The notes under the pieces were generated by a model, which did no database searches, had not been told where the DNA came from, and saw only the letters and a list, made by a program, of their open reading frames with translations. Shown here in pieces: positions 26,139 through 34,388 of a DNA stretch of 64,000 nt. Each line of letters starts with the position of its first letter. Positions within the stretch are counted from its first letter, which is position 1. Source of the DNA: Bacteroidales bacterium (lineage in GTDB: Bacteria; Bacteroidota; Bacteroidia; Bacteroidales; UBA932); contig JBAYDV010000001.1 of the NCBI GenBank assembly GCA_041668045.1, positions 16,997 to 80,996 of the forward strand, written 5' to 3'. The position numbers were made by a program, and so were the translations under genes.

Positions 26139-28646
26139 ATGAAAATTAAATTAAATAACGAAATAAACGAGATTATCGTTTACGCGAAGGAAGAAGCTCT
26201 TAAAAATGGTAATAAAAAAATCAATGTAGATCATATTATTCTAGGGATAATCCGTCACGAGGATAATAATGCGTATAAAATACTACAACATACAAATATT
26301 TCAATTCATTATATAAAAGAATCTCTAATTGGAAAACTAGACACAGGACATTCGATTCCTTATATGGATGCTGACGATATTACTTTTGATCCCAATGTAC
26401 ATAGTGCTATTAAGTCTATGATTTTAGAATCAAGTATAATAGAAGAAGAAGATCCAGGTGCTATGTTTTTATTATTAGGTATTATAAAAACTGGAAAAGG
26501 GCACTTTTGCCAGATTATGCAAGAAAATCATCTTGATTTTCATTATTTCAACTCAAAAGTATTAACTATAGTTGGAGAAGAAAAGAAGAGACGAGTAAAA
26601 GATGAATTAGTTGGTGATACATTTGATGAGGAGGAAGTTAAAATGGAAAAAGAGAAAAATATAAATACGAATAAAACTAATTCTATCTTATATAAGTATG
26701 GCTTTGATTTAACTAAAGCTGCTAAGGAAGGTAAACTTGACCCTATATCAGGAAGAGAAAATGAAATTAATAGATTAGCTCAGATATTAGGTAGAAGAAA
26801 GAAAAATAATCCTGTTCTAATAGGAGAACCTGGATGTGGAAAATCAGCTATTGCTGAAGGTCTAGCTCAAAGGATAGTCCAAAAAAAGACATCTATTGCC
26901 CTTAGAGATAAGAAAATAATTTCACTAGAAATCGGGGCTCTTGTTTCTGGAACTAAATTTAGAGGTCAGTTCGAAGAGAGAATGAGTAAATTAATAAAAG
27001 AGGTTAAAGGTAATCCTGATGTTATTTTATTTATTGACGAGCTGCATACTTTGGTTGGAGCTGGAAGTGGTCCCGGGTCTTTAGATGCGGCTAATATGCT
27101 TAAACCAGCTTTAGCAAGAGGTGAGATTCAATGTATTGGAGCTACTACATTAGACGAATATAGAGAAATTATAGAAAAAGATGGTGCATTAGAAAGACGT
27201 TTCCAAAAAATAATGGTAGAACCTACTGATTTCGAAGAAACTCTTAATATACTTAAAAGTATTAAATCAAAATATGAAAAACATCATTCTGTTTCATATT
27301 CTGATGACGCTTTAATTTCATGTATCACTCTATCTAATAGATATATATCTGACAGATGTCTACCAGATAAAGCTATAGATCTTATGGATGAGGCTGGTTC
27401 TAAAGCTCATCTTGCAAATATGTTTATTCCTAAAAATCTGACAAAATTAGAAAATGAATTAGATCTTGTACTTGATAAGAAAAGGAAGTTAATCTCTATT
27501 AAGAACTTTATAGAAGCAGCTCAATATAGAGAAGTGGAAAATAAAATTCGCGTAAAGATTAAAAATGAAAAAATAAAAGAGAAGAAAAAGTCAAACACTT
27601 CTAATTATATCGTAACACCAGAAGATATAGCTTCTATATTGGCGACTATGACTAAAATTCCTGTCAATAGAATAGCTCTATCTGAAAGTAACAAGCTTTT
27701 ATCTATGGATAAAAAGCTAAAAAAACAAGTTATAGGTCAAGATGATGCTATAGATAAATTAGTCAAAGCTATCAGAAGAAATAGAGCTGGACTTAAAGAT
27801 CCAAATAAACCTATCGGTGTATTTTTATTCTTAGGACCTACAGGTGTAGGAAAAACTTATCTAGCTAAAAAGTTAGCTGAATATATGTTTGATTCTGCTG
27901 ATAATATGATTAGAATCGATATGAGTGAATATATGGAGAAATTCGCAGTCAGTAGACTTATTGGAGCGCCTCCAGGCTATGTCGGTTATCAAGAAGGAGG
28001 ACAATTAAGTGAGAGAGTAAGAAGAAAACCTTATTCAGTAGTATTATTGGATGAAGTAGAGAAAGCACATCCAGATATTTTTAATCTTTTATTACAAGTA
28101 TTTGATGAAGGAAGGTTGACAGATAGTAATGGACGTTTTATAGACTTTAGAAATACAATTATTATTATGACTTCAAATATTGGAAGTCATGAGATTCAAG
28201 ATTTTGGCTCAGGAATAGGATTTCCTACATCTACTAAAAATAATGAATCTTCTCAGAATAAATCTATAATTGAGAAAGCTCTTAATAGAACTTTTTCTCC
28301 TGAATTTATTAATCGTTTCGATGAAAGAATTTTGTTTAATACATTGGGCCACGATGAAATATTTAAGATAATTACTCTTGAACTCAAATCTTTAAAACGT
28401 AGACTAGAAGATACAGGATTTACGTTTACTCTTTCTAGAAAAGCACGTAACTTTATAATTCAAAAAGGATATGATAAACGTTATGGAGCCAGACCTCTTC
28501 AAAGAGCTATACAAAAGTATATAGAAGATCCTTTATCAGAGGCTATAATTGGGGGAATATCTAAAGATCAAAAATTAGTCATCGATCTTAATAAGAAAAA
28601 AGATAATACAGTCGTAATACCTAAAAAAATAACAGTAGAAGTTTAA
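26139..28646 (+). CDS. clpC: ATP-dependent Clp protease ATP-binding subunit ClpC-type (class I AAA+)
   Basis: Clp_N repeats. D1 Walker A GEPGCGKSA, a short middle domain with the UVR-like FIEAAQYREVE, D2 Walker A GPTGVGKT, and a GIGF ClpP-docking loop. Confidence 0.88.
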   Translation: MKIKLNNEINEIIVYAKEEALKNGNKKINVDHIILGIIRHEDNNAYKILQHTNISIHYIKESLIGKLDTGHSIPYMDADDITFDPNVHSAIKSMILESSIIEEEDPGAMFLLLGIIKTGKGHFCQIMQENHLDFHYFNSKVLTIVGEEKKRRVKDELVGDTFDEEEVKMEKEKNINTNKTNSILYKYGFDLTKAAKEGKLDPISGRENEINRLAQILGRRKKNNPVLIGEPGCGKSAIAEGLAQRIVQKKTSIALRDKKIISLEIGALVSGTKFRGQFEERMSKLIKEVKGNPDVILFIDELHTLVGAGSGPGSLDAANMLKPALARGEIQCIGATTLDEYREIIEKDGALERRFQKIMVEPTDFEETLNILKSIKSKYEKHHSVSYSDDALISCITLSNRYISDRCLPDKAIDLMDEAGSKAHLANMFIPKNLTKLENELDLVLDKKRKLISIKNFIEAAQYREVENKIRVKIKNEKIKEKKKSNTSNYIVTPEDIASILATMTKIPVNRIALSESNKLLSMDKKLKKQVIGQDDAIDKLVKAIRRNRAGLKDPNKPIGVFLFLGPTGVGKTYLAKKLAEYMFDSADNMIRIDMSEYMEKFAVSRLIGAPPGYVGYQEGGQLSERVRRKPYSVVLLDEVEKAHPDIFNLLLQVFDEGRLTDSNGRFIDFRNTIIIMTSNIGSHEIQDFGSGIGFPTSTKNNESSQNKSIIEKALNRTFSPEFINRFDERILFNTLGHDEIFKIITLELKSLKRRLEDTGFTFTLSRKARNFIIQKGYDKRYGARPLQRAIQKYIEDPLSEAIIGGISKDQKLVIDLNKKKDNTVVIPKKITVEV

Positions 28647-28715
28647 AGTTATTATATTAGTATAATTCTAAATTATGTTTTAATGGACCAATATTGCTTA
28701 TTAATTTTATTTGGT

Positions 28716-28723
28716 TATATTTG
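28716..28723 (+). promoter_or_regulatory. Candidate -7 promoter box (TATATTTG) for the pseudouridine synthase/era unit
   Basis: Matches TAnnTTTG 44 nt upstream of ATG 28767 and shares the TTATATTTGC core seen at other promoters here. Confidence 0.4.
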
Positions 28724-28766
28724 CGGCAGATTTCAAAAATGAAATCTTTAATATATCTTTAAAATA

Positions 28767-30236
28767 ATGAGAACAAGAATTACAAGAGGTTCTGTCCATA
28801 GAGACACAGCCGGAAAAGAAAGTGGATCTACTCCACGCGCAAATTTTAGTGAAAATTCTGAAAGGCGTAACAACTCATCATCAACATTTAGACATACTGA
28901 ACATTCAAGATCTAGCTTCGGCAGTGACAGAAGAAGTGAAGGTGGAAGACCTAGCTTCGGTGGCGACAGAAGAAGTGAAGGTGGAAGACCTAGCTTTGGT
29001 GGCGACAGAAGACGCGAAGGTGGAAGACCTAGCTTTGGTGGTGACAGAAGAAGTGAAGGTGGAAGACCTAGCTTTGGTGGTGACAGAAGACGCGAAGGTG
29101 GAAGACCTAGCTTTGGCGGCGACAGAAGAAGTGAAGGTGGAAGACCTAGCTTCGGTGGCGACAGAAGACGCGAAGGTGGAAGACCTAGCTTTGGTGGTGA
29201 CAGAAGAAGTGAAGGCGGAAGACCTAGCTTTGGTGGTGACAGAAGACGCGAAGGTGGAAGACCTAGTTTCGGTGGAGACAGAAGAAGTGAAGGCGGAAGA
29301 CCTAGCTTTGGTGGCGACAGAAGACGCGAAGGTGGAAGACCTAGCTTTGGTGGTGACAGAAGACGCGAGGGCGGAAGACCTAGCTTTGGTGGTGACAGAA
29401 GACGCGAGGGCGGAAGACCTAGCTTTGGTGGTTCATCTTATAATAAAAGCAACGAACAACGCAGAAACGATAGCACAAAATTCGGTCGCAACGAAGGCAG
29501 CATTGCCATAGCTAATGATGGATTAATTAGACTAAATAAATTTATCGCCAATTCTGGAGTTTGTTCTAGAAGAGAGGCTGATGAGTATATTAGTGCAGGT
29601 CTAGTGACTGTTAATGGAACTGTAGTTGACCAATTAGGTAGTAAGGTTAAATCTACTGATGATATTCGTTTCAATGGAGAACGTTTGAAAGGGGAAGAAA
29701 AAGTCTATGTAGTAATGAATAAACCTAAAAATTATGTTACTACTATGAGTGATCCTCACGCAGATAAAAACGTTATGGATTTAATCACTAAAGATAAATG
29801 TCGTGAAAGAATTTATCCTGTAGGACGTCTGGATAAGGCTACTACTGGTGTGTTATTATTCACAAATGATGGAGAATTGGCCGAGCAGTTGTCTCATCCT
29901 TCTCACCTTAAAAAGAAAATTTATCAAGCTACATTAGATAAGAATTTAAAAACAACTGATTTTAATACTCTTCTTGAGGGTTTTGAACTTGAGGATGGTT
30001 TTATCGCAGCTGATGCTATGTCTTATCTTGATGGTGAAAAAAATAAAGTCGGTATAGAAATTCATTCTGGCAAAAATCGTATTATAAGAAGATTATTCGA
30101 ACATCTTGGTTATAAAGTTAAAAGTCTTGACAGAGTTTATTTCGCTGGTTTAACGAAAAAGAATATATCTCGTGGTCAATGGAGATTCTTATCTGAAGAT
30201 GAGGTTAATCATTTAAAAATGGGTGCATATGAGTAG
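28767..30236 (+). CDS. rluB: RluB/RsuA-family rRNA pseudouridine synthase with a roughly 250-aa Arg/Gly-rich repetitive N-terminal extension
   Basis: C-terminal half: S4 domain (IRLNKFIANSGVCSRREADEYISAGLVTVNG) and the catalytic motif VGRLDKATTGVLLFTNDGELA. N-terminal half: 13 tandem SFGGDRR[S/R]EGGRP units. Confidence 0.85.
   Translation: MRTRITRGSVHRDTAGKESGSTPRANFSENSERRNNSSSTFRHTEHSRSSFGSDRRSEGGRPSFGGDRRSEGGRPSFGGDRRREGGRPSFGGDRRSEGGRPSFGGDRRREGGRPSFGGDRRSEGGRPSFGGDRRREGGRPSFGGDRRSEGGRPSFGGDRRREGGRPSFGGDRRSEGGRPSFGGDRRREGGRPSFGGDRRREGGRPSFGGDRRREGGRPSFGGSSYNKSNEQRRNDSTKFGRNEGSIAIANDGLIRLNKFIANSGVCSRREADEYISAGLVTVNGTVVDQLGSKVKSTDDIRFNGERLKGEEKVYVVMNKPKNYVTTMSDPHADKNVMDLITKDKCRERIYPVGRLDKATTGVLLFTNDGELAEQLSHPSHLKKKIYQATLDKNLKTTDFNTLLEGFELEDGFIAADAMSYLDGEKNKVGIEIHSGKNRIIRRLFEHLGYKVKSLDRVYFAGLTKKNISRGQWRFLSEDEVNHLKMGAYE
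28914..29432 (+). repeat. Tandem 39-bp coding repeat, 13 full units plus a 12-bp partial unit
   Basis: Units start at 28914 + 39n and the last full unit ends at 29420. The consensus is AGCTTTGGTGGTGACAGAAGA(AGT/CGC)GAAGGTGGAAGACCT. Units 2-11 alternate AGT/CGC, giving a 78-bp higher-order period. Local GC is near 50%, against about 31% for the flanks. Confidence 0.95.
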
Positions 30237-31143
30237 TAGTAATAAAGAGCTAAAGAGTATCAAAAAACATAGAGCGGGTTTTGTTAATATTATAGGCAAT
30301 CCTAATGTTGGCAAATCTACTTTGTCAAATGCTTTAGTTGGAGAAAATCTTTCGATTACAACTCCTAAAGCTCAAACTACAAGACATAGAATAATGGGAA
30401 TAGTAAACGGAGATGACTATCAAATAGTCTTCTCCGATACTCCTGGTATTTTAAAACCTGCATATAAGCTACAGGAAAGTATGATGAATTTCGTCGATAC
30501 TGCTATTGGTGATGCTGATATTATTCTTTATGTTACTGATGTAATAGAAAAGGCTGATAAAAATGAGGCTTATATCGAAAAGCTGAAAAGTGTTACTTGT
30601 CCTGTTATCCTGGTAATTAATAAAATCGATTTATCTACTCAAGATGAAATTAAAGAGCTTATAGAGATGTGGCAGGAAACCATTCCTAATGCCGATATTT
30701 TCGCTATTTCTGCTCAAGAGAAATTCAATCTTGATGCTATCCTTGATAAAATAAAAACTTTATTACCTTATGGTGAACCATGGTTTGACAAAGAACAGTT
30801 TACCAATAAAAATTTACGTTTTTTCGCATCTGAAATCATTCGTGAGAAAATTTTACAATATTACTCAAAGGAAATTCCATATTGCACAGAAGTCGTTATT
30901 TCTGAATTTAAGGAGACTAAAGAGCGCTATAATATTAGTGCTACTATTTATGTCATGAGGGATTCACAGAAAGGAATAATAATAGGATCTAAAGGTTCTG
31001 CTTTAAAAAGAGTAGGCACTAAAGCAAGATTAGAAATGGAAAAATTCTTCGATAAAAAAGTCTTTTTAAGTATGTTTGTTAAAGTAAATGAGCATTGGAG
31101 AGATGATAAACGAAAACTTAAATCATTCGGCTATATCGAATAA
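30229..31143 (+). CDS. era: GTPase Era
   Basis: G1 GNPNVGKST, G3 DTPG, G4 NKID, and a C-terminal KH domain (IIGSKGSALKRVG). The ORF-track start 30223 is GTG. The ATG at 30229 overlaps the rluB stop by 8 nt (ATGAGTAG). Confidence 0.9.
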   Translation: MSSSNKELKSIKKHRAGFVNIIGNPNVGKSTLSNALVGENLSITTPKAQTTRHRIMGIVNGDDYQIVFSDTPGILKPAYKLQESMMNFVDTAIGDADIILYVTDVIEKADKNEAYIEKLKSVTCPVILVINKIDLSTQDEIKELIEMWQETIPNADIFAISAQEKFNLDAILDKIKTLLPYGEPWFDKEQFTNKNLRFFASEIIREKILQYYSKEIPYCTEVVISEFKETKERYNISATIYVMRDSQKGIIIGSKGSALKRVGTKARLEMEKFFDKKVFLSMFVKVNEHWRDDKRKLKSFGYIE

Positions 31144-31149
31144 AATTTC

Positions 31150-31157
31150 TATATTTG
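31150..31157 (+). promoter_or_regulatory. Candidate -7 promoter box (TATATTTG) for parC
   Basis: Matches TAnnTTTG 28 nt upstream of ATG 31185. Confidence 0.35.
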
Positions 31158-31184
31158 TGGTTCATAAATTTTAATTGAACCTAT

Positions 31185-33776
31185 ATGAGCACAGAAGAGT
31201 TTGATAAACTCATTAATGACGGATCTAAGAAGTATAAACTTTCAGGAATGTATCGTGAATGGTATCTTGATTATGCTTCTTATGTCATTCTTGAGAGAGC
31301 AGTTCCACATATCGTGGATGGATTGAAACCTGTACAAAGAAGAATATTACATGCCATGAAATTGTTGGATGATGGACGTTATAATAAAGTGTCCAACATC
31401 GTGGGAAGTACTATGCAATATCACCCTCATGGAGATGCTTCTATCAAAGATGCCCTCGTACAATTAGGTCAAAAGAATATGTTGATTGACTGCCAAGGTA
31501 ACTGGGGAAACATTCTTACTGGAGACTCCGCAGCAGCCGGTAGATATATCGAAGCACGTTTAAGCAAATTCGCTCTAGAAGTTTGTTTTAATAATAAAAT
31601 CACAGAATGGGTTCCTTCTTATGATGGAAGAAAAAAAGAACCTGTTAACCTGCCTGTAAAATTTCCTTTACTCCTAGCTCAAGGATCTGAAGGAATAGCT
31701 GTAGGTTTAGCATCTAAAATTCTACCTCATAATGTTAATGAACTTCTCGAATCTTCGATAGCTATATTGAAAGGAGAAGATTTTGACATATATCCAGACT
31801 TCCCTACAGGAGGAATGATAGATGTTTCAAATTATAATGAAGGTAAAAGAGGTGGAAAGATTAGAGTAAGGGCTAAAATACTTAAAAAAGATAAAAACAC
31901 CCTTGTAATAACCGAAATTCCTTTCGGAGAAACAACGACTACGGTTATTGATTCTATTATTAGTGCTAACGATAAAGGAAAAATTAGAATTAAAAAGATT
32001 GATGATAATACCGCAGCAAATGCAGAGATTATCATCAATTTACATAATGATGTATCTCCCGATAAAACTATTGATGCATTATACGCTACAACTAACTGTG
32101 AAGTGTCTATTTCTCCTAATTGCTGCGTTATTATGGATGAAAAGCCTCATTTTATCGGAGTAAAAGAAATATTAAGGCATAACACCAATACTACTAAATC
32201 TCTTCTTCAAAGAGAGTTGGAAATTAGACTGAATGAATTAGCAGATAGTTGGCACTATCTTTCTCTTGAAAAAATCTTTTTTGAAAATAAAGTATATAAA
32301 ATTCTAGAGAATAATGCTTCAAGTTGGGAAAAACAGCTAGATGACGTTATGAATGGAATGTTAGTTTATAAAGATCAACTCAGACGTCCTATTACTGAAG
32401 AAGACATTATTAAACTTGTAGAAAAACCAGTTAAAAAAATATCTAAATTTGATATTAAATCAGTAGAAGATAAAATAAAATCATTGGAAGATGAAGTATT
32501 AACTGTACAGCACGATTTAGATAATATAGTTGATTATACTATTCAATATTTTCAGAATCTAAAAGATAAATATGGTAAAGATTATCCAAGATTAACGAAA
32601 TTAGATAATTTTGAAAATATAGCAGTAGCGAAAGTCGTAGCAAATAATGCCAAACTTTATGCTAATAAAACAGAAGGATTCATTGGTACTTCTCCTAAAA
32701 ATATTGATGATGCAGAATATATAAGTGATTGTTCTGATATAGATGATATTATAGTGTTTTTAAAAGATGGAAGATATACTGTCAGAAAAAATGCACCAAA
32801 ACTTTTTATAGATAAAAATATCATCCATGTCGCTGTGTTTAATAAAGCAGACGATCGTACCACTTATAACGTTATATATAAAGATGGTAAAACTGGAACC
32901 TATTATGCTAAACGTTTTGCTATTAAAGGAGTAACCAGAGATAAATGGTATGACGTTACACAAGGAACTAATAAATCTAGAATCCAGTATTTCACAGTCA
33001 ATCCTAATGGAGAAGCTGAATGTGTTAAAATAACATTACGTCCTCGCCCTAAATTAAAAAAACTTATTTTTAATTATGACTTCGCGGAATTGGCGATTAA
33101 GAACAAGAATGCAAGAGGAAATATTGTAACTAAAAATCCAATTTTAAGAATTCAAATGATTTCAGAAGGAGTTTCTACAATAGGGGCTAGAGAACTTTGG
33201 TTTGACCGCGATGTAAATAGAATTAATGACGAAGAACGAGGTGAATCATTAGGAAAATTCATGGGCAATGAACATATTCTCGTCATATGTAAAGATGGTA
33301 CTTATTATACAAATGATTTAGATTTTAGTAATAGATTCCAGGGAAATATACTTCAAATATTAAAACTTGATGAGAAGAGAGTCTATACTGCTATATATTA
33401 TGATGGAGATTCTAAATTTTATTATATAAAACGTTTCACTTTCGAAATCAGCGATAATCAACCTAAATGTTTTATCTCTGAAGCTCCTGGCTCTAAATTA
33501 ATAGCACTTTCTTGCGATGAACGTCCACAAATAGAATTAACATTTCCTCAAACTGGACATAGAGATAAAGATCCTGAAATAGTAAATGTTGAAGAATTTA
33601 TCTCTGTTAAATCTGTCAATGCTAAAGGTAAAAGAGCAAGAAATATAGCTATAGATGATATCAAATTTATAGATTCTCTTCCTGTAGAACAACAAGAAAC
33701 TGAAGAAAAGAATCAGGAAAAAGAATTTAACCCAGGAGAAAATATCGAACTTGATGAAGAACCTACATTATTTTAA
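31185..33776 (+). CDS. parC: DNA topoisomerase IV subunit A (GyrA paralog)
   Basis: RAVPHIVDGLKPVQRR, YHPHGDASI, and catalytic Tyr in AAGRYIEARL. It is a second type IIA A-subunit in addition to gyrA and lacks a GyrA-box-like tail. Confidence 0.88.
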   Translation: MSTEEFDKLINDGSKKYKLSGMYREWYLDYASYVILERAVPHIVDGLKPVQRRILHAMKLLDDGRYNKVSNIVGSTMQYHPHGDASIKDALVQLGQKNMLIDCQGNWGNILTGDSAAAGRYIEARLSKFALEVCFNNKITEWVPSYDGRKKEPVNLPVKFPLLLAQGSEGIAVGLASKILPHNVNELLESSIAILKGEDFDIYPDFPTGGMIDVSNYNEGKRGGKIRVRAKILKKDKNTLVITEIPFGETTTTVIDSIISANDKGKIRIKKIDDNTAANAEIIINLHNDVSPDKTIDALYATTNCEVSISPNCCVIMDEKPHFIGVKEILRHNTNTTKSLLQRELEIRLNELADSWHYLSLEKIFFENKVYKILENNASSWEKQLDDVMNGMLVYKDQLRRPITEEDIIKLVEKPVKKISKFDIKSVEDKIKSLEDEVLTVQHDLDNIVDYTIQYFQNLKDKYGKDYPRLTKLDNFENIAVAKVVANNAKLYANKTEGFIGTSPKNIDDAEYISDCSDIDDIIVFLKDGRYTVRKNAPKLFIDKNIIHVAVFNKADDRTTYNVIYKDGKTGTYYAKRFAIKGVTRDKWYDVTQGTNKSRIQYFTVNPNGEAECVKITLRPRPKLKKLIFNYDFAELAIKNKNARGNIVTKNPILRIQMISEGVSTIGARELWFDRDVNRINDEERGESLGKFMGNEHILVICKDGTYYTNDLDFSNRFQGNILQILKLDEKRVYTAIYYDGDSKFYYIKRFTFEISDNQPKCFISEAPGSKLIALSCDERPQIELTFPQTGHRDKDPEIVNVEEFISVKSVNAKGKRARNIAIDDIKFIDSLPVEQQETEEKNQEKEFNPGENIELDEEPTLF

Positions 33777-33788
33777 AATATAAAAAAT

Positions 33789-34385
33789 ATGATTATTTCA
33801 TTAACAGGTTTTATGGCTGCTGGCAAAAGCACAATTGGTAAAAAATTAGCTAAATCTCTTGATTGTAAATATATTGATTTAGACGAATATATTGAAGAGA
33901 AAGAAAAAAATAAAATTGTTACTATTTTTGAAGAAAAAGGCGAAAGACAATTCCGAGCTTTAGAAGAAAAATATCTTCAAGACATACTTGAAGAACATAT
34001 TGAGAAGAATCCTTATACCCTAGATGATCTTCCTCCTAAGGATGATTCAGCTACGTCTGAAGGCAAATCAGAGACTGAGATACCTAAACGTAAATGCACT
34101 CTTCTACTTTCTCTTGGAGGTGGTACAGTTATGAATCCAGTCTGCGCTAAATTAATAGCAGATTTAACATATTGTATTTTTATTAAGACAGACCTTAAAA
34201 CTATATTTACAAGACTTAAAGAACAAAATGAGATAGCAAAAAGGCCTGTACTTTCTAAGCAAGATATAGAAGAAGGAGTCGAAGCTACAGACCCTTTAAC
34301 TACTTTTTACAAAAGGATTGAAGGGCTCTACGAAGAACGTTTACCTCTCTACGAAAAAGTTTCCCGTAAAATAATCAAGCTTTAA
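33789..34385 (+). CDS. aroK: Shikimate kinase with an acidic insertion of about 35 aa
   Basis: Walker A GFMAAGKSTIGK, the D.D shikimate site (IDLDEYI), FRALE, and GGG (SLGGGTV). Confidence 0.8.
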   Translation: MIISLTGFMAAGKSTIGKKLAKSLDCKYIDLDEYIEEKEKNKIVTIFEEKGERQFRALEEKYLQDILEEHIEKNPYTLDDLPPKDDSATSEGKSETEIPKRKCTLLLSLGGGTVMNPVCAKLIADLTYCIFIKTDLKTIFTRLKEQNEIAKRPVLSKQDIEEGVEATDPLTTFYKRIEGLYEERLPLYEKVSRKIIKL

Positions 34386-34388
34386 AAC

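Noticed and set aside
28914-29432. Regular 39-bp repeats might be a CRISPR array.
   Set aside because: The units are directly contiguous with no spacers, lie in frame within a long ORF, have no cas genes nearby, and have no palindromic repeat core.
28822-29511. A 229-aa same-strand alternate-frame ORF (acidic EEVKVEDLALV repeats) overlaps the pseudouridine synthase repeat array.
   Set aside because: It starts at a GTG and is open only because one 39-bp unit happens to be stop-free in that frame, so the whole array is. The annotated frame continues into a bona fide S4/PUS catalytic domain. Differences between units are synonymous in the annotated frame, not in this one.
31159-31181. Small hairpins lie in 5' leaders: GGTTCA-N11-TGAACC before parC, AGATTTCA-AAAA-TGAAATCT at 28728-28747 before rluB, and CTGGAAA-AGAA-TTTCCAG at 61877-61894 before prfA.
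   Set aside because: They have 6-8 bp AT-rich stems of marginal stability and no flanking T-runs or known motif. They could affect translation initiation, but the evidence is too weak to report as features.
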